NCBI GenBank assembly: GCA_011371305.1
Contig: DRQW01000009.1
Span: forward strand, 1 to 58,973
Direction: 5' to 3'
DNA from: Anaerolineae bacterium
GTDB taxonomy: Bacteria > Chloroflexota > Anaerolineae > J102
DNA length: 58,973 nucleotides
The position numbers and the translations under genes are program-made. A model generated the notes under the pieces. It ran no database searches. It was not told where the DNA came from and saw only the letters and a program-made list of their open reading frames with translations. The first letter of the stretch is position 1; the number at the start of each line of letters is the position of its first letter. Below are positions 1 to 9,288 of the stretch, piece by piece.

Positions 1-253
1 AATGTTGAGGCATATAGCCGATCTTTTGGCGTAATGCTTCCGGATCGCGGACGACATCTTGGCCCAGGACGTGAGCTTGCCCCGACGTGGGCTTGAGCAC
101 CCCGGCCAGCATCCGCAGCGTAGTGGTCTTGCCCGCGCCATCGGGGCCGATGAGGCCAAACACTTCCCCCCGTTCGATGGTGAGAGAAAGGTCGCGTACG
201 GCCACAGTCTTACGGAATTTGCGATGCAGACGATGGGTGACAATGGCTTCCAT
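1..253 (-). CDS. ABC transporter ATP-binding protein, N-terminal part (gene runs off the left edge)
   Basis: Reverse-strand translation from ATG at 253: [59 protein letters not shown]... with Walker [10 protein letters not shown]. Missing from the ORF track because it has no stop in the window. Confidence 0.85.
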   Translation of the reverse strand, partial: MEAIVTHRLHRKFRKTVAVRDLSLTIERGEVFGLIGPDGAGKTTTLRMLAGVLKPTSGQAHVLGQDVVRDPEALRQKIGYMPQH

Positions 254-331
254 CGTAACAGGTGATGCTGTCTGTGGGCTTAACACGGAAAAGAAAAATC
301 GAGAAAAAACGAGATGGATCAATAAAAGGGC

Positions 332-344
332 TTGTAACTTACAA
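332..344. promoter_or_regulatory. Perfect 6-1-6 palindrome TTGTAAcTTACAA in the 163-bp gap upstream of the ABC ATPase gene; possible operator
   Basis: Read directly from the sequence. Sits between the end of the permease gene (417) and the ATPase start (253). No binding protein can be assigned. Confidence 0.25.
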
Positions 345-416
345 CTTGCCAATCATTTTCATGTGTTCTTTGTGGTTTTTGGCTCGCGTTGGGCCAAGCT
401 ACCTGAGCAGTAACCA

Positions 417-1541
417 TTATGCAATCTGTCGAGAGAAGGACCGCCAGGCAATAACGCCTGTACCCAAGGCGATGCCCGCCAGGGCCAACACATGGGGCAG
501 GATCATGCTCAGGGTGGCCCCGCGCAGAATGATGGCGCGGGTGGCTGTCATAAAGTGCTGCAGGGTGGAGATTTGCGCCAACCCGCGCATGACCAGGGGC
601 ATGTTTTCCACTGGCAACATGTAACCGCTTAGAGTCACTTCCAGAATCGCCAATAGAAAGACCAGGAGGACGGCCTGCTGCTGGTTCTGGGTGAACAGGG
701 AGATAAGGGTGCCCACCCCCACGATGGCGATGATAGCCAGGGCCGCGACCAGCAGCAGCACAACCAGGCTACCTCGCAGGGGAATGTCGTAACCCCACGT
801 CTGCACGGCCAGAAGGAGCATAAAGTTGAGGATGCTAAGGCCAATGGGCGCGAGGGCCTTGCCGATGATCAATTCCAGTCGCCGAATGGGGGTAATCAAC
901 AATTGTTCCAGGGTGCCGATTTCTTTTTCCCGTACAAAGCCTGTCGCGGCCAGGACCAAGGCCACCTGATAGACGATGAAAGCGACGGTGGAAGGGATGA
1001 CAAACCATTGAATGTTGAAGGTAGCGTTGAAAAGGGCGTTGGTTCGCACATCCACGCCTCCGATATCCATACCCGGGGGTAGCTGCACATAGCGTTGGAC
1101 AAACAAGCTGGTGACCCCCTGGATGACCGGCTCGATCATACTTCCGATGAGAATGTTGGTCCCATCAACCATCACCTGGATCCGAGCCGGGGATTCGGTG
1201 GGGCTGTTGAACTCGCGAGCAAAACCTCTGGGGATCACGATCCCCACTTGCGCGTCACCATTGTCCAGCAGCGTACGCAGCTTTTGGTGCGACGGGGGAA
1301 AATAGCGCACCACCAGCTCCTCGGTCACATCCAATTCCTGGACCCATTCCCTGCTTAAGTCTGATTGATCGAGATCGATGATGGCGGTGGGGATGTCGCG
1401 CAGGCCGCGGGCGGTGTTTCGTGAGATCAACACGAGTTGCATCGTGGGGGCCAGGATCAGAAACAGGATGAGGAAGGTATCCCGGCGGATCTGGATCAAT
1501 TCTTTCCAAGTAATATTCACGATCTGGCGAAGCATCGTCAT
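417..1541 (-). CDS. ABC-2 type transporter permease (YbhR/YbhS-like)
   Basis: MTMLRQIVNITWKELIQIRRDTFLILFLILAPT... has an N-terminal TM, a large loop, then a C-terminal six-TM bundle, typical of the ABC-2 family. ATG at 1541 forms an ATGA overlap with the upstream stop, so the upstream part of the 476-aa ORF is rejected. Confidence 0.85.
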   Translation of the reverse strand: MTMLRQIVNITWKELIQIRRDTFLILFLILAPTMQLVLISRNTARGLRDIPTAIIDLDQSDLSREWVQELDVTEELVVRYFPPSHQKLRTLLDNGDAQVGIVIPRGFAREFNSPTESPARIQVMVDGTNILIGSMIEPVIQGVTSLFVQRYVQLPPGMDIGGVDVRTNALFNATFNIQWFVIPSTVAFIVYQVALVLAATGFVREKEIGTLEQLLITPIRRLELIIGKALAPIGLSILNFMLLLAVQTWGYDIPLRGSLVVLLLVAALAIIAIVGVGTLISLFTQNQQQAVLLVFLLAILEVTLSGYMLPVENMPLVMRGLAQISTLQHFMTATRAIILRGATLSMILPHVLALAGIALGTGVIAWRSFSRQIA

Positions 1542-2635
1542 CCCACCCGTTTTTTGAATGACAAGATGGTGAACATGGTGGCAAACAACCCCATGCTGAG
1601 CAAAATGAACGCGTGCCAGCCTAAGGCGTGCCAGCCCTGGCCTTTGAGGAACACCGCCCGATTGATGGCGATGAAGTGGGTAGCTGGGAGGGTTGAGGCG
1701 ATGAATCGGGCTTGGTCGTCGATGGGAACGATTAATCCGGTCAGGAAGAAACTGGGTACCAGGAAAAGAAGCAATACCGCGCGCAACGCGGTGCTTTGGT
1801 TCGAGATGAAGTTGGAAACCAGGATGCTGATCCCCAGGGTGGCCCATAAATAAAGGAAAGTGAAGCCGGCTAGGTCCAAATAGCTCCCTTTCATGGGGAC
1901 TTTGAACCAGAAAACCGCCACTGCCACCGCCAAAGCCGCGCTGATCAGGCCGAAGATGATGTAGGGGATGAGCTTGCCAGGGATGTATTCTACGGCCCGT
2001 ACGGGGGTTGCCACCAAACTTTCGAAGCTACCCAATTCTTTTTCGCGCGTCAACGCCAGGGCCACCGCCATACTGGGCAGGATCATGGCGATAGCCAGCA
2101 GGGCGGGGGTCATGCTATAGCGCCCCTTGATGTGGGGATTGTAAAGGGTGATGGCGCGCAACACCACAGGTTGGTTTATCTCCAGGGTCTCGAATTGCGT
2201 TCCCCATTCCGAGATGCGGGAGGACAGAATCGCCAATTGGGAACTGGCATTGATCGCGTCCGAACCGTCGGCTAAGACCTGGACGGACGCGCGTCGCCCG
2301 GACGTTAGATCGCGGCCAAACCCTGGCGGAATGACCAGCCCCAGCTTGATCTCACCTGCAGCCATGCTCTCACGCAGATCGTCATAGCGTGCTACCTCTC
2401 CCACAACGATGATGTTCCGATCATGGCTCAAAGCAGCGACTAGGTCGCGTGATTGGGGGGAACGATCTTGGTCGTAGATGGCGAATCGGGCCGGGTTTAG
2501 ATCAAAGGAGAAAACATAGGCGAAGGCCGTAAGCATGATTGCGGGGGAGACGGTCACCAGGAACAACAGGCGTCGGTCCCGGAGGATGTGCCGAAACTCC
2601 TTGCGCATGATGGCCCAAAGGCGTGCGAGGGACAT
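1538..2635 (-). CDS. ABC-2 type transporter permease (YbhS/YbhR-like)
   Basis: MSLARLWAIMRKEFRHILRDRRLLFLVTVSPAIML... shows the ABC-2 permease architecture. Paralogous to, and translationally coupled with, the next gene. Confidence 0.85.
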   Translation of the reverse strand: MSLARLWAIMRKEFRHILRDRRLLFLVTVSPAIMLTAFAYVFSFDLNPARFAIYDQDRSPQSRDLVAALSHDRNIIVVGEVARYDDLRESMAAGEIKLGLVIPPGFGRDLTSGRRASVQVLADGSDAINASSQLAILSSRISEWGTQFETLEINQPVVLRAITLYNPHIKGRYSMTPALLAIAMILPSMAVALALTREKELGSFESLVATPVRAVEYIPGKLIPYIIFGLISAALAVAVAVFWFKVPMKGSYLDLAGFTFLYLWATLGISILVSNFISNQSTALRAVLLLFLVPSFFLTGLIVPIDDQARFIASTLPATHFIAINRAVFLKGQGWHALGWHAFILLSMGLFATMFTILSFKKRVG

Positions 2636-2650
2636 GGTTAGAATCTGCGT

Positions 2651-2680
2651 TCCAGTGACTCAGTGTTCAGTGTTCAGTGA
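2651..2680 (-). repeat. Tandem heptamer array (sense strand TCACTGA ACACTGA ACACTGA GTCACTG)
   Basis: 7-nt periodicity read directly. Contains the TetR stop codon (..ACT GAA CAC TGA) and lies just upstream of the permease start. Confidence 0.8.
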
Positions 2681-3310
2681 GCCAGAGATCAGGGGACTGG
2701 GAGGTTGATGGTTAGGTGGATCCGTGGGGATGTGTTCGCTGATGGGGCGGATGAGCGCGGCTGTACGAGCGGCCATCTCTTGGGCGTCCACGTCGGGATG
2801 GCGTAACAGATACCGGATAGCGCCGGCGATGAGTCCGCCCAGCAAAGGCGCGATCCAGGCGATGGCTTTTTCGGGTAGCTCGGTGTTGAGCCGCAGCCCG
2901 TCCGCGACACGTGTTTCCAACAGATCCAGCGCGCGCTCATAGTGTTCGGCCGCGTGGCGGGGACCAAACACGGCCTGGAACAGCGCGCGGTGCTGTTCTA
3001 CGAACCGGAAGAGCTGCATGAGCTGCGCATGCAGGCGTTGGTCCAAAGTTAATCCTTTCAGTTCGGGCCGATGGGGATTCCCCAACTGCTGTAAATCTTC
3101 CCAGATCGCGGCTTCGATCAACGCCTCTTTGTTGGGAAAATAGGTGTAGAAACTCCCCACAGCCATATCCGCTTCCTCGGTCACATCCTGCACGGTCAGC
3201 CCGGCCAATCCCTTGCGGGCGATGATCTCTCGGGCTGCGTCCACGAGCCGCTGCCGACGGCGACTGCGGCGACGTTCGCTGCGCGTGGAACTTGTGGGGG
3301 GATTGTTCAT
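2660..3310 (-). CDS. TetR/AcrR family transcriptional regulator
   Basis: MNNPPTSSTRSERRRSRRRQRLVDAAREIIARKGLAGLTVQDVTEEADMAVGSFYTYFPNKEALI carries the TetR N-terminal HTH signature. Start chosen at ATG 3310, downstream of the promoter at 3354-3382. Confidence 0.9.
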   Translation of the reverse strand: MNNPPTSSTRSERRRSRRRQRLVDAAREIIARKGLAGLTVQDVTEEADMAVGSFYTYFPNKEALIEAAIWEDLQQLGNPHRPELKGLTLDQRLHAQLMQLFRFVEQHRALFQAVFGPRHAAEHYERALDLLETRVADGLRLNTELPEKAIAWIAPLLGGLIAGAIRYLLRHPDVDAQEMAARTAALIRPISEHIPTDPPNHQPPSPLISGSLNTEH

Positions 3311-3328
3311 GAATGGTTGTTCAAGAAA

Positions 3329-3382
3329 TGAATGGACATTCAATTTACGGGCTATTATATGCTTTTTTGGAGAAGGTGTCAA
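3329..3382 (-). promoter_or_regulatory. Consensus sigma-70 promoter (TTGACA-17 nt-TATAAT) plus a 6-2-6 palindrome TGAATGgaCATTCA, a candidate TetR operator
   Basis: On the minus strand, -35 TTGACA is at 3382..3377 and -10 TATAAT at 3359..3354, with an exact 17-nt spacer. The palindrome at 3329..3342 lies between the predicted TSS and the TetR ATG. ATGAATGG is also repeated at 3308-3315. Confidence 0.65.
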
Positions 3383-3633
3383 GGAACTTTTTTCTCCGGG
3401 TTCCGAAACTCCAGGACGCGGGCAAAGATCAAACCCCCAGCCCAACCGCTTTCTTCCCCGTTGCCGATCCCAGCTAATCCTATCCTGCTCGATAACCTTC
3501 GCGAATCACCGAACGTGTCATCCGCAACGGAAGGATTTTCACGCCCGTAGCGGCTTCAGCCTCATGGCAGGTTGTGATCGAGCTACTAGAGGGTGTGTTG
3601 GATGATGAAGCCTATCCGCAGCTATGCCGGGAA

Positions 3634-5040
3634 TTAAGTTGGAATCTCTGATGTAGTCTTGTTGTTGCGTTGTCTTTTCTGCAGGATTGTACGGGGAATG
3701 CGGGTGAGTTCGTCGGGATCGAAGGGGGAGAGCAGATCCCACGCCCGCTCCAGGGTCTCCTCGATGGTGCGTTCGCGCCGCCCCTGATGGATGAATTCCT
3801 GCTCGAACCGGTTGGCGAAAGCCAGAAAACGTCGGTCCTCCTGGCTAAGGCTCCCTTCGCCGATGATGGCCACCAGGCGGCGCAGGTCGCGGCCGCGGGC
3901 GTAGAACGCGTAAAGCTGGTCGGCCACGGCCCGATGGTCCTCGCGCGTTTTCTCCGGCCCAATGCCCGCGTTCATCAGGCGACTGAGACTGGGCAGCACG
4001 TCGATGGGCGGGTATACGCCTTTGCGGTGGAGGTCGCGGGAGAGGACGATCTGACCCTCGGTGATGTAGCCCGTGAGGTCGGGGATGGGGTGGGTGATGT
4101 CGTCGTCGGGCATGGTGAGGATGATAAGTTGGGTAATGGACCCTACCCGGCCGCGGATGCGCCCGGCCCGTTCGTACAGCGTGGCCAGGTCGGTGTACAT
4201 GTAACCGGGATAGCCCCGGCGCCCGGGCACTTCTTCTCGCGCGGTGGCCACTTCCCGCAGCGCCTCGCAATAGTTGGTCATGTCGGTGAGGATGACCAGC
4301 ACATGCAGGTCATGCTCGAAGGCCAGGTATTCGGCCGCGGTCAGGGCCGCTCGTGGGGTGAGCAATCGTTCCACCGCGGGGTCGTCGGCCAGGTTGAGGA
4401 AGAGCACCGCGTGGGCCAGCGCGCCGCTGGCTTCCAGGCTTTGGCGGAAGAAGCTGGCCTCGCGATGGGTGATGCCCAGGGCCGCGAAGACCACCACGAA
4501 CTCGCCCGACTCATCCCGCACCTGCGCCTGCGCCGCGATCTGCGCGGCCAGTTCGTTGGCGGGCAGGCCGAAGCCGCTGAAGATGGGGAGCTTCTGCCCC
4601 CGCACCAGGGTGTTGAGCCCATCGATGGCACTGATGCCCGTCTGGATGAAATCCGCGGGGTGGGCGCGAGCGTAAGGGTTGATGGGCATGCCGTTGACGT
4701 CCAGCAGGGCCTCGGGCGCCAGGGGCGGCCCGCCGTCGATGGGGTTGCCTGAGCCGTCGAAGATGCGGCCTAACATGCCTAGCCCCACGCCGATGCGCGC
4801 GCCCCGCCCACTGAACCGGGCCAGGGTGCGATCCAGGTCCAGGCCAGCGGTGCCCTCGAACACCTGGATTACGGCCCGGTCGCCATCCAGTTCCAAAACC
4901 TGGCCCAAACGTTCTTTACCGTCGGGCGCGGTGATGATCGCGATCTCGCCCAGGCCCACGTCCTTCACCCGGTCGAAGATGAGGAGGGGGCCGGCCGCGA
5001 AATGTCCGGTGCGGTAAAGGGTGGTGAGCAGGGAAGACAT
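3634..5040 (-). CDS. atpB: A/V-type ATP synthase subunit B
   Basis: 468 aa: [25 protein letters not shown]...[15 protein letters not shown]...[17 protein letters not shown]. Typical regulatory B subunit. Confidence 0.95.
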   Translation of the reverse strand: MSSLLTTLYRTGHFAAGPLLIFDRVKDVGLGEIAIITAPDGKERLGQVLELDGDRAVIQVFEGTAGLDLDRTLARFSGRGARIGVGLGMLGRIFDGSGNPIDGGPPLAPEALLDVNGMPINPYARAHPADFIQTGISAIDGLNTLVRGQKLPIFSGFGLPANELAAQIAAQAQVRDESGEFVVVFAALGITHREASFFRQSLEASGALAHAVLFLNLADDPAVERLLTPRAALTAAEYLAFEHDLHVLVILTDMTNYCEALREVATAREEVPGRRGYPGYMYTDLATLYERAGRIRGRVGSITQLIILTMPDDDITHPIPDLTGYITEGQIVLSRDLHRKGVYPPIDVLPSLSRLMNAGIGPEKTREDHRAVADQLYAFYARGRDLRRLVAIIGEGSLSQEDRRFLAFANRFEQEFIHQGRRERTIEETLERAWDLLSPFDPDELTRIPRTILQKRQRNNKTTSEIPT

Positions 5041-5055
5041 GGGAATGTTTTGTAT

Positions 5056-5076
5056 TCAGTGATCAGTAATCAGTGG
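5056..5076 (-). repeat. Tandem heptamer array (sense CCACTGA TTACTGA TCACTGA)
   Basis: Three 7-nt units. The first TGA is the stop codon of subunit A (..GGA CGC CAC TGA). Confidence 0.8.
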
Positions 5077-6920
5077 CGTCCTTGAGACCAGTGCTCTATT
5101 TGCGCCAGGAGATCAGGGAAGGCGGCGCGGAGTTCGTCCAACGTCATCTCCTTCAAACGGAAGAGGCTGCGGCGGATGGGCGCGCTTTCCTGAATGCACT
5201 GGTCGAAGGTACAACGGCCTGAGCGCACGTGTTGTTTCACTGCGCCGTGATAAGCCAGAACCAGCCGCAGCATGAAGAACTGCTTTTCCAGCGGACAAAA
5301 CGCGTCGTCGCTGAACGCGGATTGCTGGAGGAAAGCTTCGCGCAGGAGGTAGCCTGTATCCAGGATCACCTTCTCGGGATCGCCCAAGGCGTCGCTGCCC
5401 ACAAGCTGGACGATTTCTTCTAGCTCCCGTTCCTCCTGGAGCAGGCGTTGGGCCTGTGCCCGCAGTTCGGGCCATAGGGCGTCTACATGGTCCCGGAACC
5501 AGTCGTCCAGGTGATAATGGGTGAAGCTGGCGATCCAATCGATGGCGGGGAAGTGACGGCGTCGGGCCAGGTTCACATCCAGAGCCCAGAAAGCGCCTAC
5601 CAGGCGCAGGCTGTTCTGCGTCATGGGCTCGGAGAAGTCGCCGCCGGGTGGGGAAACCGCGCCGATGATGGTGACCGATCCCTGACGGGGTTCCTGGCCC
5701 AGGGTTTCCACCAGGCCCGCGCGCTCATAAAATCCGGCCAGGCGGCTGGCGAGATAGGCGGGATAGCCCTCCTCACCCGGCATCTCCTCCAGCCGCCCCG
5801 AGACCTCCCGTAGAGCCTCACCCCAGCGGCTGGTGCTGTCCGCCATCAGGGCCACGTCCAACCCCTGGTCGCGGAAGTACTCGGCGATGGTAACGCCGGT
5901 GTAAATGCTGGCCTCCCGCGCGGCCACGGGCATGTTGCTGGTGTTCGCGATAAGCACGGTTCGGTGCATTAGGGGCCCGCCTGTGCGGGGATCTTTCAAT
6001 TCTGGGAATTCCACCAGAACTTCGGTCATTTCATTGCCCCGCTCGCCGCAGCCGATATATACCACGATGTCCGCATCCGCCCATTTGGCCAGGGATTGCT
6101 CGGTGACCGTCTTGCCCGTGCCGAAGCCGCCGGGGATGATGGCCGTGCCACCTTTAGCGATGGGAAACAACGTGTCGATGACCCGCTGGCCGGTGATGAG
6201 GGGGATGTTGGGGTCCAGGCGGCGGCGGATGGGGCGGGGTTTGCGCACGGGCCAGCGATGGGAGAGGCGCAGGGGGCGTCGCGGGCCGCCATTGTCGGGG
6301 ATGAGATGCCCGATGACCTCCCGCACCCGGAACTCGCCCGACCTCAGTCCTTCCACCCGGCCCGGAGGATAGTCGGGCGGGACGAGGATGCGGTGATGGA
6401 AGTGGGGCGTCTCCGGAACCGTGCCCAGCAGATCGCCCGGCTCCACATGGTCGCCGTCATTGACCGCGGGCGTGAAGGGCCAACGCTGTTGCCTATCCAG
6501 CGCAGGCAGGATGACCCCGCGGGCGATGTAAGGCTCTTGCGGTCGGCCCTGGTCATCCGGTTGAGTCAGGAGGGGCAGGGGGCGCTGCACGCCGTCGAAG
6601 ATGCCGCCTAACAGGCCTGGCCCCAGCTCCACCCACAGGGGCGCGCCCGTATCCCATACCTCATCGCCCACCTTCAGGCCCGAGGTGTCCTCATAGACCT
6701 GGATGGTGGCGACGTCGCCAGCGAGGCGAATGATCTCGCCGATGAGGCGTTCCGGTCCCACCCATGCCACATGATAGAGCAACGCGCCTTTCAATCCCCT
6801 CGCTTCCACCACTGGGCCGGAGACGCGCGTGATGACGCCTTTGGGCGCATCGCCCATGGGGCGCAGGGGGCGGGTGTAGTGGGAGGGTTTTGGGGGAGGG
6901 GATGGGGTGGTTGTGGGCAT
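5070..6920 (-). CDS. atpA: A/V-type ATP synthase catalytic subunit A
   Basis: 616 aa with Walker [10 protein letters not shown] and the non-homologous insert typical of A subunits. An alternative start is the internal Met at residue 22 (6857). Confidence 0.95.
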   Translation of the reverse strand: MPTTTPSPPPKPSHYTRPLRPMGDAPKGVITRVSGPVVEARGLKGALLYHVAWVGPERLIGEIIRLAGDVATIQVYEDTSGLKVGDEVWDTGAPLWVELGPGLLGGIFDGVQRPLPLLTQPDDQGRPQEPYIARGVILPALDRQQRWPFTPAVNDGDHVEPGDLLGTVPETPHFHHRILVPPDYPPGRVEGLRSGEFRVREVIGHLIPDNGGPRRPLRLSHRWPVRKPRPIRRRLDPNIPLITGQRVIDTLFPIAKGGTAIIPGGFGTGKTVTEQSLAKWADADIVVYIGCGERGNEMTEVLVEFPELKDPRTGGPLMHRTVLIANTSNMPVAAREASIYTGVTIAEYFRDQGLDVALMADSTSRWGEALREVSGRLEEMPGEEGYPAYLASRLAGFYERAGLVETLGQEPRQGSVTIIGAVSPPGGDFSEPMTQNSLRLVGAFWALDVNLARRRHFPAIDWIASFTHYHLDDWFRDHVDALWPELRAQAQRLLQEERELEEIVQLVGSDALGDPEKVILDTGYLLREAFLQQSAFSDDAFCPLEKQFFMLRLVLAYHGAVKQHVRSGRCTFDQCIQESAPIRRSLFRLKEMTLDELRAAFPDLLAQIEHWSQGRH

Positions 6921-6942
6921 GGTGGTTGTGGGTGTGTAATTG

Positions 6943-7035
6943 TCAGTGTTCAGCGTTCAGTAATCAATGAGCAGTAATCAGGTGGGTTGTAGATGAGGGC
7001 TATTGCCGGCGTACCGTGAACTGCGAACTGTGAAC
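6943..7035 (-). repeat. Heptamer arrays (plus strand TCAGTGT TCAGCGT TCAGTAA TCAATGA GCAGTAA TCAGGTG, and GTGAACT GCGAACT GTGAACA) in the F-A intergenic gap
   Basis: 7-nt periodicity read directly. The two blocks are partly complementary to each other. Confidence 0.75.
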
Positions 7036-7037
7036 AA

Positions 7038-7376
7038 TCATGCCTCCTCGCCGCGGAAGGTGAGACTGTAGCCGATGACTCGGCGCATCATCTCGGCCAG
7101 GCGCTGGCGGCGAGCAATCTGGCCGCGACCGGGAAGACCATCGGGTAGGGGCATAACCAGGGGTTCGTATTCTGTCTGGATACGGTGCAGCAGGTCTTCG
7201 GGCAGGGCGTGATAAAAAGGCTCTAGCAAGGCGATAATACCTGGGCGTCCTTCCTCTAATTCCTGGCGCAGCAGGCGTTCTGCCCGGGCGGCATCATCGG
7301 CTACCAGCACGCGCGCGCCTGTCAGCCGGAAGCCCGGCGCCAGATCGGACGTGGTAATGACGGTGATGCGGGCCAT
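7038..7376 (-). CDS. atpF: A/V-type ATP synthase subunit F
   Basis: 112 aa: MARITVITTSDLAPGFRLTGARVLVADD.... Size and operon position match subunit F. Confidence 0.85.
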   Translation of the reverse strand: MARITVITTSDLAPGFRLTGARVLVADDAARAERLLRQELEEGRPGIIALLEPFYHALPEDLLHRIQTEYEPLVMPLPDGLPGRGQIARRQRLAEMMRRVIGYSLTFRGEEA

Positions 7377-7380
7377 GGTT

Positions 7381-7408
7381 TCAGTGTTTAGAATTCAGTG
7401 TCCAGTGT
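7381..7408 (-). repeat. Tandem heptamer array (sense ACTGGAC ACTGAAT TCTAAAC ACTGAAA) ending 4 nt before the subunit F ATG
   Basis: 7-nt periodicity with TGG/TGA/TAA/TGA in phase on the coding strand. Confidence 0.75.
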
Positions 7409-7439
7409 GATTGGGATGAGCCGAACATGACGTTTCTCA

Positions 7440-8513
7440 TCATCCTGATGTTGAACCGCAATGGAGAAAGTGGGCTTCCGCGTCCTCTTTCGGTAGATGC
7501 GCGGCCACAGCCTCGGCGATGAGCCGCAGATTGCGCAGTTCTGCGTCTTTGGCCGCGAGGTAGCCGATGAGGATGCCGGGACCCAAAGGATCTGCGGTGT
7601 AGAAAAGCTTCATACGCCAGCACAACAACGCTTGCTCCCAGGCCAGTTGCAGGTCCCGAGCGTCGAGGCCATCCCACGCGGTTAGCGCGGGCAGCCAGAA
7701 CGCGGCCGCGGGCTCGCGGGCCAGCGCATCGGTCATGGCCTCGGGGTCGGATGCAGTGCGGAAGGCCTCCAGCAGGTCGGGGGTGAGCTCGCCGCCGGGT
7801 AGGTAGTCGGGCGGGCTCTCCAGGGCGATGGTCTGGAAGTCCAGTGCCAGGAGCAGGTTGCGCAGGTCGATGGCTCGCCCCAGGTTAAGGCGCAGCAGGC
7901 GGCCTTCGTCGCCCGGAATGGCATCCACGGCCGCGCGGGTGGTTTCGGCCCAGGCTCGGTCGAAACGCCGCTCCAAAAATGTGGGGTCCACGGACTGACG
8001 CAGGGCCTCGGTGAGGGACCGAGCCAAGTCGGGCGTAGGCAGGCCCCATTGGTCCAGCAAGTGCACCAGGGCGCGGACTGTACTGCGACGGGCGAGTTCG
8101 TTGAGCACGCCTTCGGTGAAAGGAGGCAAGATGAACAATAGGGGAAGAAGCTCGGTGGCGGGCGTGTGGGAGCTGACGCCCCGTAGCAGTGTGATGATGT
8201 TGTGTCGAATGTAGGGCGCGGTGAGAAGCCGAAAGACGCGGGCAGTTTCGCCGCCGCAGAAGCCCGCGATACGCTGCAAGATCGCGTGATGGTCCAGTTG
8301 CAAGGCCCGGTGGATAATCCCGACGCCGGTATGGGTGACCGTGGCCTGTTTCAACGCCTCCTGATAGGGGGTTTGGTCCAGCGCACCGATGAGCGCGGGG
8401 ATGTCGGGCGCGGCCAGCAGGCGGTCCAGATCGGCGCGAGTCAGCAACCGGGAGCGCATGACGCGCAGCCGGGCGTTGATATACTCGTAGCCGAGGTCGA
8501 TGGTCGCGGGCAT
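7440..8513 (-). CDS. atpC: A/V-type ATP synthase subunit C (V0 d-like)
   Basis: 357 aa: MPATIDLGYEYINARLRVMRSRLLTRADLDRLL.... Helical protein between the E and F genes. Confidence 0.85.
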   Translation of the reverse strand: MPATIDLGYEYINARLRVMRSRLLTRADLDRLLAAPDIPALIGALDQTPYQEALKQATVTHTGVGIIHRALQLDHHAILQRIAGFCGGETARVFRLLTAPYIRHNIITLLRGVSSHTPATELLPLLFILPPFTEGVLNELARRSTVRALVHLLDQWGLPTPDLARSLTEALRQSVDPTFLERRFDRAWAETTRAAVDAIPGDEGRLLRLNLGRAIDLRNLLLALDFQTIALESPPDYLPGGELTPDLLEAFRTASDPEAMTDALAREPAAAFWLPALTAWDGLDARDLQLAWEQALLCWRMKLFYTADPLGPGILIGYLAAKDAELRNLRLIAEAVAAHLPKEDAEAHFLHCGSTSG

Positions 8514-8580
8514 GGTGGTTGGAACTGTATTGACCTGGTTTGTAAAAAGTTCTCAAAAGGAGCATTGGGCGAGACGGCAA

Positions 8581-8650
8581 CTTACGTAATTCGTGATGAT
8601 ACGTGAGATCTTACGCATCACGCATCACGTTTCACGCGTCCGCGTCTTTT
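8581..8650 (-). repeat. Heptamer array of the RCGTGAW / TTACGCA type
   Basis: Plus strand: CTTACGTAATTCGTGATGATACGTGAGATCTTACGCATCACGCATCACGTTTCACGCGTC. On the coding strand GCGTGAA ACGTGAT GCGTGAT gives TGA in three phases, and the first one is the subunit E stop. Confidence 0.75.
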
Positions 8651-9234
8651 GCATCGCCGATTTTCAGCAAACTCGCCAAAAGGGGACGGAGGTCGGGCTC
8701 GGCCCGCTCCAGGCGGCTTTCCAGAGTGTTTAAGGTAATGATGCGGTCGTCCGGGCAGTGGACTTCAACCCCGCCCCAGGTGGTCAATCCACCCGCTAAA
8801 GGTGCATCCCGCCCCAATTCCGCGAGGACACCGCGAGCTAGGGCTAGGTCCTCATCCGCGACATGGATGATCGCGCCGGGTTCATGCGCGGCCAGGGCTT
8901 CTCGGAGCAAGGCAGCAAAGATAGCGGGATAATCGTCGCGCGCGCGGGTTTGGGCCAGGAGGGCCCGGGCCTGTTGCAACGCGGCCTGGAACGCGGTTTC
9001 CTGCACCGCTACCAGTTTCCTCATTCGCGCCAGTCGGGCGCGGTGCAACAACCGTGCCCGTTCCTGTTCTGCTTCTGCTTCGGCCTTGGCCAGAATTTGG
9101 GCGCGTAAGGCGTCGGCCTGCCGGCGGGCCTCGGACAATCGGGTCTCGCGGCGCGTTTGGGCTTCTTCCAGAATAGCCCGGACTTGTTGCTCCGCGTCGT
9201 CAGCAATGGCCTTCAGAATGTGTTGGAGGGACAT
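8632..9234 (-). CDS. atpE: A/V-type ATP synthase subunit E
   Basis: 200 aa: MSLQHILKAIADDAEQQVRAILEEAQTRRETRLSEARRQADALRAQ.... Long N-terminal coiled coil plus a globular C-terminus. Confidence 0.85.
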   Translation of the reverse strand: MSLQHILKAIADDAEQQVRAILEEAQTRRETRLSEARRQADALRAQILAKAEAEAEQERARLLHRARLARMRKLVAVQETAFQAALQQARALLAQTRARDDYPAIFAALLREALAAHEPGAIIHVADEDLALARGVLAELGRDAPLAGGLTTWGGVEVHCPDDRIITLNTLESRLERAEPDLRPLLASLLKIGDAKDADA

Positions 9235-9250
9235 GGGGAAGTTGGCAGGA

Positions 9251-9285
9251 ATCAGTAATCAGTGTTCAGTAATCAGTGAACAGTT
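9251..9285 (-). repeat. Tandem heptamer array (sense AACTGTT CACTGAT TACTGAA CACTGAT TACTGAT) between the K and E genes
   Basis: Five 7-nt units read directly. Confidence 0.8.
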
Positions 9286-9288
9286 ACC

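Noticed and set aside
417-1847. Full-length 476-aa version of the second ABC-2 permease ORF, and similar long N-terminal extensions of the ORFs ending at 3445, 16095, 16660, 26695, 31680, 32890, 50508 and 58440
   Set aside because: The extensions overlap upstream genes or promoters and are Arg/Pro/His-rich. Internal Met codons with ATGA coupling, an RBS or a signal peptide give family-typical N-termini.
3670-4752. 360-aa plus-strand ORF, with several 60-140 aa ORFs in the same region, inside the atpB locus
   Set aside because: Antisense shadow of a clearly identifiable V-ATPase B gene. The translation is Gly/Arg/Ala/Val-rich low-complexity sequence typical of high-GC reverse frames. The same reasoning applies to ORFs overlapping atpA, atpC and atpI.
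2651-9285. Whether the short repeat arrays could be CRISPR arrays
   Set aside because: The units are 7 nt and directly tandem, with no unique spacers. The arrays are only 20-90 nt long, and no cas genes are present.
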